A stretch of DNA of 64,000 bases from Octopus sinensis (GCF_006345805.1 NC_043009.1:32798001-32862000), one strand, 5' to 3'. Shown: positions 14,375 to 27,852, numbered from the stretch's first letter. Translations and numbers: made by a program. The notes: generated by a model from the sequence alone, not told the origin.

Positions 14375-15490
14375 ATATATGTAGGTGTGTATAAATAAAA
14401 TCAATACGTGAGATTCAGAGATGCTCAATATCGAACGCAATATCGAACACACATAGTAGTGCTCGAATGATTTCCTGAGGGAAGCTGATGTGTTGGGTCC
14501 TTGAGCGAAATCATCAGCTCCCCTTGTGGTTTACTCATCATGAACACCGACCAACTGAGTGTTGGTGCAAACTTGTCTCTTTATACCTTTTGTATCATTT
14601 ATGTAATGCTGGGACAAAGGGAATGTGGTGGGACAAGGGCTGTTCATCCCTTCATAGGCATCGATTGCAATTAGCGAAAGACCTGTACATGCTTCCAAGC
14701 CATACACTCTGGTAAAGGACTTTGAGCTTCAATGTGAACATTTTCTACACACTGCATCTGCAATAAGGTCACCCACCCATCTCAAGTGCTAGGAATTAAA
14801 AAAGCTCACGCACTATGTTAAACAAATAACAGTTTCTCCGATATATATATATATATATGTTATTGATCTTCTGTGAACATGTTGAGAACTTATACTATCA
14901 CAGGATTTTTCCTCTCAGTCTGTTTGTATGTCAGTTGTCTCGATAAAACTGCTCTCTTTAGTATTGTCATCGCTGCTGTTGTTGCTGCATTAAATGTTGT
15001 TGGGTTTTTTTTCTGAACACCGAGTATGTATATGTTGTTGTTGTTGCTCTTTTAGCGCTTCTTTTTATCCTTTCATATACATTGTAATATAAATAAGCAA
15101 TAATGTGCCAATAACAAAGACTGCATACTTACCTCGAGACAATATCATTTTTGCATTGTGCTAAGCTAAAATCTCTCTCAGGAACAATGCATGGTTATGT
15201 ACAGATGCAATAAAACCAAATAAAATTTTCAGTTATAACTATATTACATGGAATTAGGTTGACGTCATCACTGTAGGCCATTTCCTAAAAAAAAAATTAC
15301 CATGTAAAAATAGCACAAAAGCAAACAGACACTCGTACACATATACACACACCATAGACAATGTATAGTAATAATGGAACATTTGCCGAAAAGATAGTGT
15401 ATGTAATATATTTTATACGTGTCTGTGGGCGTGTGTGCTTTTATGTGGAAATATCTGTGTAAGGGAAGGTGTATCAGTGTAGAGGGAAGT

Positions 15491-15521
<31 letters not shown>

Positions 15522-16170
15522 TATATATATTATATATATATATAATGTTTAGACACATATAATCGCATATAATATATATATATGCATGTATATATATATG
15601 TATGTATATAAGTATGTATGCATGTATGTATGTATGTATGTATGTATGTATGCATACACACATGTATATCGAAGGAATTTACACAAAAAACATGTTTTTA
15701 GCTTTACAGGAAATTAAAGAGTCGAGTGACAATTAAAATTTGGAAACGTTTATCTTTTATTTCACATTAACACAGCATCAACTTCTGCAATCTCCATTTC
15801 TCGTGGCTCTGTCAAGATACACGTAGACGTTCTCTTAAAAATTATATCTCCAAAATTTCTCATAATAAGGGAAGGATTTGCGGAAATTGGAAATAATCAA
15901 TATAAGAGAGTTAGGCTTTAGCTGAGGTACTGTTATTTCACTAATAACAAAAGAAGGCTCCATGTTAGAATTTAGATAGTTGTGAATGAATCTCTTTGAA
16001 ACAGAAGACAAAAATGATATTCTCATGAATGTATTGACATACATACATATATGTGTGTGTATGTGTGAACGTCTGTGTGCGCATGTGTGTTTATGTGTGT
16101 GTGTTCTTTATATTGTCAGCGGGGATATGTACGTCTGGCGATTGCCCAGCTTTTGGCATGTAGTCATTTC

Positions 16171-16175
16171 AAGAT

Positions 16176-16252
<77 letters not shown>

Positions 16253-16303
16253 ATATACACACATAAACATACATACATATATATATATACATACATATGT
16301 ATG

Positions 16304-16335
<32 letters not shown>
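16171..16335. repeat. Compound (TA)n/(TACA)n microsatellite
   Basis: Direct inspection. Confidence 0.95.
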
Positions 16336-16342
<7 letters not shown>

Positions 16343-16440
16343 TTCATGTGGATTAAAATATAGTTTGTACGCACAGACATCACAGCCAGAGAAATTAATA
16401 ATTTTCTATTGCATTCTTACATATATATGCATGTATGTAT

Positions 16441-16505
<65 letters not shown>

Positions 16506-18297
16506 ATGTATATATATATATATTATTTGTATATATGTATATATATGTTTGTGTGTGTATACATCCATACACACACACATATACAGATATAGATATAAAT
16601 GCCCCATCATGTTTGTTGCTGAACATGTCACGTTGTATGTTCTGCCTTATGTACTTAGAGGTTTGAAATTCACCCGACTATCTTGGAGTTTTGCCATGGT
16701 GTAATCTAAGAATACACGAATAGAATGTTGTTGGAACAGTTGTTGAGCTCGTTGAACTCCACCTGTGGTCTTCCCTTATACGTACGCTGCACTTGGAACC
16801 ATCCTCGGGTTGTATCTACAGTTTATATTAGGTTGAGTGGTTATGTATGTATCTGTATGTTTATGTAACTAGATAGATGTGAATATATGTTTATATGCAT
16901 GCATAATGTATGGCGATATACAAATGGATTTGTCTTCGTGATATTGCTTTTGTAGCCTTCTCTAATATTTTATATTATTTACTCATCTTCTGAGATTGTC
17001 CCTGCTGGTAAATCCACAGGTGTTTCCACGTCAAGTGCTTTCAAAAGAAGCAGTAGTACTACAAACACATATACACAATCGCGAAGGAACACGCGCACAA
17101 ACACTCACACACTTGGAGCCATCATGTCGTTGTGTTTATTACTGTCGCTCTTTCGTTTCCGGCTGAGAAAATCTCTCATGAAATCTGTTAAGCATAATAG
17201 AAAACAGAAAGAATAATAGAGAAACGTGTCGTGATTATATGGCAGCGCACCTATAAAACATGTTGTGTAATAGACGCTTTAAACCTGCACGGTAACATGA
17301 ACAAAAGTATCTCCTTTGTGCCAACTCTAGTTGCCGTTTATGTAATATCTTATTGAAGACCCAACCACAATAATTATAGGTTCTCTGAATTATATTATAG
17401 AACTACAAAAAACTCTATTTTCATAGTTATAGCATTATATTTCATAGCATATTCTGTTGTAATACCACCGCCATATTACTGCAACTTTATATAATCAGGT
17501 CAGATCAGATTCTAACTGCTCTACTACCATGTGACCCAGTTCTTCCAAGTGATAAGGGTGGTCGGATATTAAGTCCCCATGGGCAAGAATTATATTGGGT
17601 GAGGAGGTTGCAGGAAGGCCCAGCAGAATAAAAACAAAACATTAAAAAGTGCAAGAGCTTCTTAAAGAAACCAACGATAAGCCATTCCATGTTGTCAGTA
17701 TATTCACTATCCGCTGTATGCTTCGGATTCTGGATCAGATAATTACACTGTGATGTTGTCATCAATATTTTTTCCCCAGTGAAATTCAGTTTATATTCTG
17801 AAGAGCACAATTATGGATTACTACAAGACCATACTCAATTCACAAGTGGAATAGAGTCGTCTTTACCTCTCGAGCTAGACTAACTTCAATTACCTCACAC
17901 AATATGGGCACATAATGAAAATTCCTTTGACAGAAACATTCTAATTATATTGAGGCAATCCGCAGTAAAATTATTAAATTCTAACCCAGTCTTCATATTA
18001 CATCAGAGAGAAAAAAACTGAAGCAAGATATTCTGCTTTCAATCTACGAAGTGGAATATTGCAGTAAGAAATGTGTTCCGCTATTATAAAATGTATTCGA
18101 TAGATTGATATTTATATTCTATTTTATTCTAAGATCCTATTTCCTATTTACCAAATCCACTTCTACCACTAGTGACATATATAATCATCCACTGATAGAG
18201 AAAACCTCCGAATTCTCGCTGTCTCCGGTGTGGTAAAACCCACAATCAATATTGACTTCAAAATTTGATACAAGTACAGCAAATTTACAAGAGCGGT

Positions 18298-18429
18298 TAA
18301 GTCGATTACATCGACCCCAGTGTTCACCTAGTCGACCTCGTTGGGATTTGAGCTCAGAATGTAAAAACGAACGACATGCCGCTAAGCTTTTCGCCCGGCG
18401 TGCTACCGATTCTGCCAGCTCGCCGCCTT
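18298..18429 (-). mobile_element. SINE family A, internally deleted copy
   Basis: Reverse complement of the head and body of 9992-10223 (ends ctgccagctcgccgcctt), missing about 45 bp of the body. Confidence 0.8.
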
Positions 18430-18597
18430 ACCCACAGTAAATATTGAAATATTAAAATATGTCCATAATAAATTTAGATAAAGACAGTAAATGCCTCTGC
18501 ATAGATTTTGTGATACGTTGCAATTTCTAAAGTTTGAAACATGTTCCTTTAAGGGTATTCAATTTCCTTTAAATGCAGTGAGATCTGAACTACCTAA

Positions 18598-18950
18598 TGT
18601 GCTCAAGTGTCTTCAACCATAGCTTTGCTCCGACCAAAACCTCGTGAGGAAATTTGGTAGACGAAATTGAAAAGCAGCCCTCGTGTATATATATAATTGT
18701 GTGGGCGCGCGTGTGTATGCGTACGTGTGTGTGTCTTTGTGTCTGTGTTTGTCCTCCCCCACAGCTTGACAACCGGTGTTGGTGTGTCTACGTCCCCATA
18801 TCTTAGCTAGCTGGCAAAAGAAAACCGATAAAATATAAGTACCAGGGTTTGTAAAATATAGTGGCGTCGATGCATTCGACTAAAGTACCTCAATGCAGAG
18901 CCCCAGCTTGGGCGCAGTCTAATGACTGAAACAAGTAAGGAGAGATAGAA
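18598..18950 (+). mobile_element. SINE family B (head truncated) with internal microsatellite
   Basis: caagtgtcttc...ccgaccaaaacctcgtgag...tttggtagacg, then a TA/TG tract, then the family-B 3' half. Homologous to 36838-37310. Confidence 0.75.
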
Positions 18951-19109
18951 AGATAACAAAAACGATACTTTAATGTGTTTCTATATCTTATTCTTTCATA
19001 TTTTCTACTTGCTAATTTAGATGTGATGGTGCGGTGCAGGTTTGCATCGAATTTATATATTTTAGAATTACTCAAGTCTTTTCCAAATTCACCAAGTGAA
19101 ATTCTCCAA

Positions 19110-19415
19110 TACAGTGGCCGATAGTCGTTGTTATGAAGTCCTACAGCGTGTTGTGTCCTTGAGCAAGACACTTTATTTCACGTTGCTCCAGTTCACTCAG
19201 CTGTAGAAATGAGTTGCGACGTCACAGGTGCCAAGCTGTATCGGCCCTTGCCTTTCCCTTGGACAACATCGGTGACGTGGAGAGGGGAGGCCGGTATGCA
19301 TGGGCGACTGCTGGTCTTCCATAAAACAACCTTGCCCAGACTTGTGCCTCAGAGGGTAACTCTAGGTACAAACCCATGATCAGTGTCTGACCGAAGGGGG
19401 TCACCCACCACCACA
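19110..19415 (+). mobile_element. SINE family C
   Basis: gtgttgtgtccttgagcaagacactttatttcacgttgctccagttcactcagctgtagaaatgagttgcgacgtca... A reverse-complement homolog lies at 28978-29245. Confidence 0.7.
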
Positions 19416-20367
19416 GTGTATTGCATCGATACGGAGAGATTTGAACCTGTGAATATCAGATGAGAGAATCATCACTTCACTGTTAGGCACATTCAGATGA
19501 TTCCAGTCTGTGGAAAGCATACGACCCAGATGTCGTGCATAAGGATAACGATCTCCGTTTCATCTGACCATCTACAAATGCAGTGAAGTAATGCTTATAG
19601 GTTGGGGCCGTTTTCCACTAAGATATTAAAATGAAACAAAAAGAACAGTGTAAATTACATTTATTCAAAAAATATTGTTGTTGATACTGATATGCATTTA
19701 GTAGTTTGTTTTAAATTGTTATGTGGAATATACCTTACTATAGAGTTAACACAAATATTTAATCTAACACTGAATTAATTGTGCAGAACCTTTCCCCAAA
19801 CAGTAAAATTCCTTTCCCTCACATAGAGTATTTGCTTCATAATTCGAAAGAAATCAAAATTTCGATTTCGTTAGACGTAGAGGCAAAGAAAATAGTCGCC
19901 ACAGGTGAACTAAGATATTCATCGCCAATTGAAACTATTCTTAATATATTTCTGTCAGAATATCAACAATTAACTAATTGTCAGTGCATATCGACATATC
20001 ACCTGTAATTAGTCACAAAGTATCGGTTTTCTGAAAGAAGCATTAAGTGATTGCATTTAGCATTGCAATTTGTATATCTCTTTACTAAATATGGATTACT
20101 GAATCAGTATTACATAAAAGCGGGAAGACAGAACATTGGCCGATCGGTTTAGAAAGAGAAATTCTGAATCTATTGAATTAGAGTTGTTGTGTATCCACAC
20201 CGACGAACTTATTCTACATTACCTTGGGATGCGGCAGATTCTTTAGAATTATTACTTACCAAGAACATTATATATGCATACACGCAAGCCAACACACACA
20301 CTCGTATGTGTGTGCGTTTGTGTGTGTCTGTGCGTGCGTGTGTGCGTGCGTACGCGTATGTATGTAT

Positions 20368-20431
<64 letters not shown>

Positions 20432-20482
20432 CATACATACATACATACATACATACATACATACATACATACATACATACAT
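20368..20482. repeat. Compound (TAGA)n + (TACA)n tetranucleotide microsatellite
   Basis: Direct inspection. Confidence 0.95.
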
Positions 20483-20721
20483 ACAAATATACATATTTCG
20501 AAAGCACGTCTCTCTGCAGTAGTACTCATATACTGAGGGTAGAAAGGAGTGGAGCATAATTGCATCGGCAAAGAAGGAAATTAGAAAAGGATAAAAACAA
20601 GTGGTGAGAGTAAAAGGTTTAAAACACATGGGGAGTATTCCATTCTGAACGAGATATTATATTCTTGTTTTTGAGAACAATGAACATATCAGCGAGATTA
20701 TAGTTGGGCGCCTACAAAATG

Positions 20722-20722
20722 A

Positions 20723-20768
<46 letters not shown>

Positions 20769-20825
20769 CGACGATGGTGGTGGTGCTGGTGGTGGTGCTG
20801 GTGGTGGTGGTGAAGTTGATGATGC
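20722..20825. repeat. (GAT)n/(GGT)n trinucleotide repeat
   Basis: Direct inspection. The poly-His and poly-Ser ORFs here are artefacts. Confidence 0.9.
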
Positions 20826-21946
20826 GGAAGAGGGTGTACGATCAAGGTACAAAATAACAGTAGCTGATTTCTTTGTTTGAACCCAGTTGTTATAGAACAT
20901 TTAAAAGGTAACCACAGTCGTGGAGAGCATTCACCGATGAAACTCTGAAGGTTCCATGTCCCACTGTAACCCAGCTATTTCTTCTTTCAGGCTTTTGAAA
21001 TCTAACTTCATTTAATTTTTGTTTTCAATAATCGTATTTATTCTGTAATTTTTAATCTATATGAGTTTTTTTTCCTGATATATTCTTTGCTTAAAGTCCT
21101 TTACCCAGTTTCTATTCATCTCTTTTTGTTCATCCTTGCACATTTGTAACTCGTGTGTCGACGTTTCTCGCTATATTGACGTATGATATACACTCCAAAC
21201 TGAATAGAACAATAATATTCTTTGTTTAGAAAGTTATTTGTGAAAATTTCGATATCATCAGTGACACTTTAGCGAGATTCATGTTTTGTTTATATTTTTA
21301 TGAATTTTCTGTTGAATGTGTTTGTTAAAACTTTGATTGTTCATGCTATTCACTTTGACATTTAAAATCTCATTTGTGTTTTTATTTCAAGAAACTTTAA
21401 ATGATTTCTGGTATAAGTTAAAACTATAAAGAAACCTAATAATAACGTCAAATGTATTGTAAAAATAATGGCAATTCTGCTAAATGAAACATGACATATA
21501 TTGTACTTATTTACCTTTTCTCCTTCATATCTCATAACTGAAATCTCGATAGCTGGAGAATAAGTTCGCCATTTTATTTTCGATGAGTTACTAGTGTTAT
21601 GTGACTTACTTGTTGATTCAAATTGGAATATTTTCAAGTCGGTGAAAGGTAATGTTTTGGCTGATAGTTAACCATCATGCTACAGCAATTCGCAAAACTC
21701 TGAATTGAAAACTATATTCTTATTCCCAGAAAATCAGATCCAGATAGGACAAACAAAAAACATTGGAGCATGTGTACAAAATCAGTCCTCTGGCAAAATT
21801 GAAAGAGCTAACCATGTAAGACAGCGTCTCTATTCGGTTTCTATGTTGTTGTGTCCATAAAGAAATGTATGCCTGCATGGAAGATAACAAATGATATCTA
21901 ACATTAGCTAATTATGGCATATTTTCGGAATACTTGATAAATAGAG

Positions 21947-22090
21947 AATACCAAACGAGTTCCCTATGGATACCGTATTTATTACAACGAGTGGCTTGTA
22001 AACGTATCTAACGAGCGAAAGCGAGTTAGATACGTTTACAAGCCACGAGTTGTAATAAATACGGTCTCCATAAGGAATGAGTTTGGTATT
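21947..22090 (+). repeat. 144-bp inverted repeat (long hairpin) with GCGAAAGC cap
   Basis: Arm 21947-22012 pairs with 22025-22090. Centre reads aac-ga-gc-GAAA-gc-ga-gtt. Confidence 0.95.
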
Positions 22091-22094
22091 TTAT

Positions 22095-22358
22095 TTATTA
22101 CACACGAATAAACGACCATATTTTATTAACCCAATAACTAAATTCTTCAGGTTTAGTTATAACTTATGAATGACAAAAGTAGTGCCGTCACCGTGACCTC
22201 AAATCATCACCATGGATTGACCAATCAGAAGCAGCGCTGTCACCGTGACCTCGGGTTATCACCACGGATTGACCAATCAGAAGCAGCGCTCGCAGTATCT
22301 GACGTATGTTAGATACCAAAAATATCTCAAAGTGTTCTCACTCACATGTGTGTAATAA
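22095..22358. mobile_element. Module next to the hairpin: 11-bp inverted repeats enclosing two 52-bp CCAAT-containing tandem units; probably a non-autonomous DNA element
   Basis: ttattacacac (22095-22105) and gtgtgtaataa (22348-22358). Units at 22187-22238 and 22239-22290 each contain gattgaccaatcagaagcagcgct. Confidence 0.55.
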
Positions 22359-23522
22359 CTAACTATAATCCGATTAAAGCTATCTATTATTAACTGGCAG
22401 CCATGAATTGGTAAATGGTGCAGGTATTTCTACTACGTTTATATTATGGTGTGTTCTAAGTATAAATCTGTTAAGAGATTTACTAAAATGTCTAGGGTCT
22501 AAAATGACATGTATTGTTAACACTCTAATACGTGGATAGAGTATATCACGCCAAATGGGAGCTAATATACAGTCATTAACCTCCTAAAATAATAGTCAAA
22601 TACTCTATGGTCACCCTGATCACGATATGAAATGAGTGGGCTTTTTTTTATGACGAAAGCCTATAAATGTATACGAAATCTTAGGATAGTCACAGTTACA
22701 ACGACTTCGTTCATATATTTCCTTCATCATTGCTTACCTTAGGTTAAAGACCAACATCCCATTAAGTTAATATTAGAATAACCATAATTGCGAGTTGATT
22801 AATTAGCGAACAATTAGCTGAATCAACAGTGATACATGTTTATATCGTTGCCACTCTGCTCTGTTCATGACCCAAGTCTTGAATAGACCGCAGTCATCTA
22901 GATTTTGGTAGGTACAGCAGAACGCGTTATAATTTACTGCTGTAACATCGACATTATAAAAGTGACAAGCTGTTCTTTTGCTTGGAGTTCTAGAAGTCAA
23001 TAGAATGCCCTACTATTGTATCAGCCCTTTAATCATGACATGAAAAGCAAATTAATACAAACGCTGCTCTGACGACTCAATAGATTTACAAGACTAATTA
23101 GCACTGAATATTATACATGTTTCACAACTGGCTTCATCGCATACCAACCACATTTCTCATTATATTCTGATTCGCTTCGCCTTGTCAAGGTTTGCTATCC
23201 GAATGTCTCCCTAATTTACTGCAACCTCAATCATTGTCCAAAGCCTTAGAATCCATTGTTTATCATGTCAGCAAACTTTCCCCAATCTCTTCCAATTTAC
23301 TATTATACATTTCCCAGACTCTTACTTAATACTCTGTTACCACAATTAACACTATCATTCCCACTCTTGTCATGTCCAACACATCAATAAAAATACTTCG
23401 GATTTTTAACTTCCGAACTACAAAAACATCTTTATTAGCTCTATTTGACATCTCATCATAAATTAAAGGACAGGCTGTATTAATTTCCTCTTCCTGCTAC
23501 CAGAATTTTATGTAAATGTTGT

Positions 23523-23648
<126 letters not shown>

Positions 23649-24660
23649 CATACACACACATATACTTATGTATGTATATCCATATATATACGCATATACA
23701 TACGTAACAATGCATTCAAAAATAAATCGATATGTTGAAGCTAGTCGCAGCGTTAAGAGTTTTATGGCTCTTATTTCCAAGATGTAATACTATAAAAGGC
23801 GTCTTTGTATGTCTCCTGACATAATGAAAGCGCAAATGAACAGGTCGCCAAACAGTAAATAAAACGATTTAAGGGAGACATTTGGCTAGAATTTGATGAG
23901 GGCAAAATAGATTGGAACCCGTTGATATAGGACTCTTGTTCGTAGCTAAGAATGGGATTTTCCTTCCTTTAAATATGTAAACTAGCTCTGAAACTAATAC
24001 CAGATATCATGAAATTATTTTATCATTTGTTCGGGAGTCTAAGTTGCAGTAAGGACATTTTAAAAAATTTATCTCTTAAAATCTGAATGGCATTTCAACT
24101 AATTATGCTTCTTCCTGCATCATTTAATACATCAACATTTGCACGTATTTAGCTGATATTTCTATATTTGTATACGTTAAAAGTCATCTTTTTTATTGTT
24201 ATATATTGCTAGTTTACTATGTTCTTAACCACAAATTTGTATTGAGACAGAACTACAAAGACAGACATGATAATGGCGTTAAGCTAATCGATAACGAATT
24301 GTCTACCAATAATTATAAAAATAAATCATTGAAGTTCATTATCCTTCCTCGCTCGAAAAAATGGAAATAGTTAAATTAGTGTTATCGTCATAATGCATCG
24401 AACGTCAACAATGTACGCATGCAGAAGGAGAAATACTTCAGCAGGAAAAATAGAAAACAAATAATGTTAAATAATATAACACAATCGGTTCAGCATTTCT
24501 ATGTAGGCGTATGATGCTCAGTTACAGGAAATAGGTAAACAGAAAGTTAACTTTAGGTGCTGTCTCTGTATAATTCGACATAAAGGTGTGATTTTGTGTA
24601 TCTGTATTTGTTTATGTGTGTGCGTGTCTGTTTATGTGTGTGTATGTATATATATGATTA

Positions 24661-24915
24661 TCTACCCCTCTGTCAGACACAGTACTGCAAGAGTCTGGGT
24701 TTCAAGGGCCAGCGATTGTTCAACCTCCTTCCAGGCAACCTTAGAGATCTACATGGTGTTGATGTGGATGTTTTCAAGGAACATCTGGACAGGTTTCTAT
24801 CTGAGATACCAGATGAACCCACGCAAAGAAGAGCAACTCCTTCCAACTCGCTACATCACCAAAACCAATATCGGAAACAACACCGAGTAACTACAGGTGA
24901 TGCAACAGCATGACC
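24661..24915 (+). mobile_element. CR1-like LINE ORF2 3'-terminal fragment
   Basis: Open frame SLGFKGQRLFNLLPGNLRDLHGVDVDVFKEHLDRFLSEIPDEP...ATPSNSLHHQ, typical of the CR1-group C-terminus (LFNxLP...FKxxLDxFLxxIPDEP...SNSL). Confidence 0.85.
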
Positions 24916-25342
24916 TCAACCAGGGAAAGAGATAGATACATACATAGACAGACAGACACACGTACACATACATACATACATACATACATACATACATACA
25001 TACATACATACATACATGATGTGTATAGCTTCATTAAGCATTGTGTGATATATCATAAATGTTTTTAATTTCGCTGAAAACCCAAATAATAAATAATAAA
25101 GGTGAATGGTTATTACTTATCGCCTGTATTTCGATATTTCGTGCTTAAAACCACTTATTCGAGAATTCTTTGGTTCCAGCTAGCTTTCCTATTTTTTAAT
25201 GCATATAGGCGTGCTTATATGGAAACTTGCTTTGCGTGCGCATGACAGCATTACAATAACAACCAATCACCTGCGTGCAACTTGATTCCGCTATTAAATG
25301 TCATTTGGTCTTAATACTGATTATGGTGCTCTTTCTTCTCAG

Positions 25343-25437
25343 TTTCTCATCATTCACGGTGTGATATTTACGCAGATGGTTTTTCCATGCAGGACGCACC
25401 AGCAGCTACATGTTCTTTGACGGTTAGGAATTTCAAT
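25343..25437 (+). CDS. Candidate internal coding exon (95 nt, phase 1 to 0), peptide SHHSRCDIYADGFSMQDAPAATCSLTVRNFN; product unknown
   Basis: Acceptor gctctttcttctcag at 25328-25342, donor AAT|gtgagt at 25438. Only one of three frames is open, and the flanks are non-repetitive and CpG-containing. Confidence 0.4.
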
Positions 25438-25899
25438 GTGAGTTTCATTTATTTATCACAATTGATTTCATTTACCACGTAGGGCCGCATATATTCTCAT
25501 TATTCAGTTCGGTCCTTGGGAAATATGCACGTGCCGTTGTTGTTTGAGTTAGAAGGTTGCACCGAGGGGTGTGTGCAAGTCGCATATACAATACTTCCAC
25601 ACGTATTGGCCGTTAGATTTGAGGGTTGCTTCTTCGTCGGTCGAAGCCCTGGCGTTTGGCAAAAGAGTGTCGATGACCATTTTAAATAAGACTTTTCTGA
25701 ATTGCATACTGTTGCTTTGTTTTCTTTCTCGTCTCATTGCATTTACTTTCTATCCTCAGGACCTCATTTTGTAATTTGGCCACTATAGCTTTGATGGGTA
25801 GAAATGAATTGTAATGCACCGATAGGCGCTTTTCTGTACAAGTTCGTACTTGTATGGTTCCATTCTCTGGGATTCTGAGTTTAAAATCCAGGAAAGATA

Positions 25900-26270
25900 A
25901 GAGATCGGTTCTATCTGGATGTCACGGACCAGTTGGAACACCGAGAACACAAAGTCTATCCCTCCTGAGCCTATTTTGTCCTGCAATGCAAATGACATTC
26001 TCATCCTAACATCGTCTCCTGGGGAGACTATAAATATATATGAAACGTTTAATAACATTGACGACCGCAGAAGACTTGAAGTGGAGGATCGCAGTGATGC
26101 AAGTTACTTATCTCTGCTTGATTTCGAATACATAATCACAGATCCCACTCAGCTATCTTTGTCTGAAAATCGCCGTGCAGGGATCTTTTGAGCATTACGA
26201 TTCAACCCTTCTCATGGAATCCAAGACGGCCAACGTAAGAAATTAGATCTGTTTTGCAGTAAATACAGAG
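25900..26270 (+). mobile_element. Penelope-like element reverse-transcriptase pseudogene fragment
   Basis: ANDILILTSSPGETINIYETFNNIDDRRRLEVEDRSDASYLSLLDF resembles the PLE RT region YVDDIFILT...FN...KFEIE...SLSLLDF, with a degenerate YVDD. Confidence 0.65.
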
Positions 26271-26449
26271 CTCCCGTCTTATATATTGTTCAGATGTAGT
26301 ACGACTTAGAGCTCATTAGCAAATGCCGTCCTTTTTATAAGACAGGAAAGCGTGTGTGTTTCAGGCGGTATTGTTGTTTCTACTTGGTAATTCAATACCA
26401 TAGTAACGATTTCTGATTTTGGTAAATGGCCAGCAATCTTCAGGGTGCG

Positions 26450-26621
26450 GTAAATCGATTACATGAATTTCTGTACTTGACTGTTACTTTATTTTATCAA
26501 CACTGAAATGATAAAAGTCAACTTTGGCCGGGTCAAAATTTTAGCACCGAACGTAAAGAGCGTGAAGAAATACCGATAAGCATATTTCGTCCGCTGTGCT
26601 AAGACCTCTGCCAGCATACCA
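26450..26621 (-). mobile_element. Degenerate SINE family A copy
   Basis: aatcgattacat...aaagtcaactttggc...gaaataccgataagcat...gctaagacctctgccagc aligns with the reverse complement of 9992-10160. Confidence 0.6.
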
Positions 26622-27396
26622 TTTTCAAAAATACTTCAATACTATTAGAGACACCAGTAATAATGATACACCAATCTACATTTATGTAATGGAAGTATTA
26701 AATCAAATCAATGAACCCAGTATATTTATAGTACTATGTTATTAACCCAAATCATAAACTTTAAATCACTCCAAGTGGACTAAGAACTTAGAACATAGAG
26801 ACACGAAACCAAGCACTGTAAAAGAATTAGAAGACACGAACTGCCTGGATTTCCCAGCATATCTTGAGCTACGAAAAAAAATATCGTTATCTCAAACAAG
26901 TCTCTGTAGTTTACAGTAAATATGTCATTTATACTACAAAGCACGAAACTTGTGCAATTATTGAAAGATTAGTGTCAGTGTAATTGCATAGTTGTTAAAG
27001 TAGAGGACAAGCTGCCTAGAAGGATTTCTTCTGGGACTTTGCGTTTTAGGTTCAAATCTCGCCGATATTAAATTATAAGTCATTTTAAGCCCATAAAATA
27101 ATGAGCAATTTCCGATTCGAATTACATTTGCAGAATTGTCACAGAATCGAATAGGAGGCCCGTTGGCATACTCACCCGTTCTTAGCCTACTAATTTCATG
27201 GGTAGAAGGTTTAATCAGTTCCCCAGCTTAGCACGCCCTCCAGATCGTTATATACCATCAATGATGTTCTGTATCCTGCAAGAATTCTTGTCAGACTTCA
27301 GGTTCGGAGAAAATAATTTTTTCCTTTATCTATTCCTAAATTATAGAGTCGAAGCCGCTATCCACTTTGACTACGAACTGAATATACATACATACC

Positions 27397-27452
<56 letters not shown>

Positions 27453-27467
27453 TATAATATATATATA

Positions 27468-27518
<51 letters not shown>

Positions 27519-27844
27519 TGTATGCATGTACATATATCATGTCACCACAGAATTGCATTCAGATTAGATTTCTCCCGAGCATACATAACACTCTATAGAT
27601 GTTCTTATTGATTGATACAGTCATTTACACCTCCAAAGTAATTGCGCACATAGAAATGAATATTGTTATCGATTGTGTGCAAATGTTTTTCTATATGTCT
27701 AGAAAATAAATTTTCTTGTAAACATAACAAAACTACAACTGTAATATTTGAAAGAAGTTGGTTAATTTGTCTCATGTGTATATGATTTCATATGTATGTG
27801 TATTTATGAATGTTTGGAAGTTGTTAAACAGTGTGGTGTTCATA

Positions 27845-27852
27845 TACCCGTG

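Noticed and set aside
14477-14525. Hairpin gagggaagctgatg / catcagctcccctt as a pre-miRNA
   Set aside because: The stem is only about 14 bp, too short for a Drosha substrate, and matches no miRNA I recognise.
15490-15560. Recurrent AA/TT phase flips in (TA)n tracts as a patterned signal
   Set aside because: Explained by single-base indels from slippage or long-read consensus error. No consistent periodicity.
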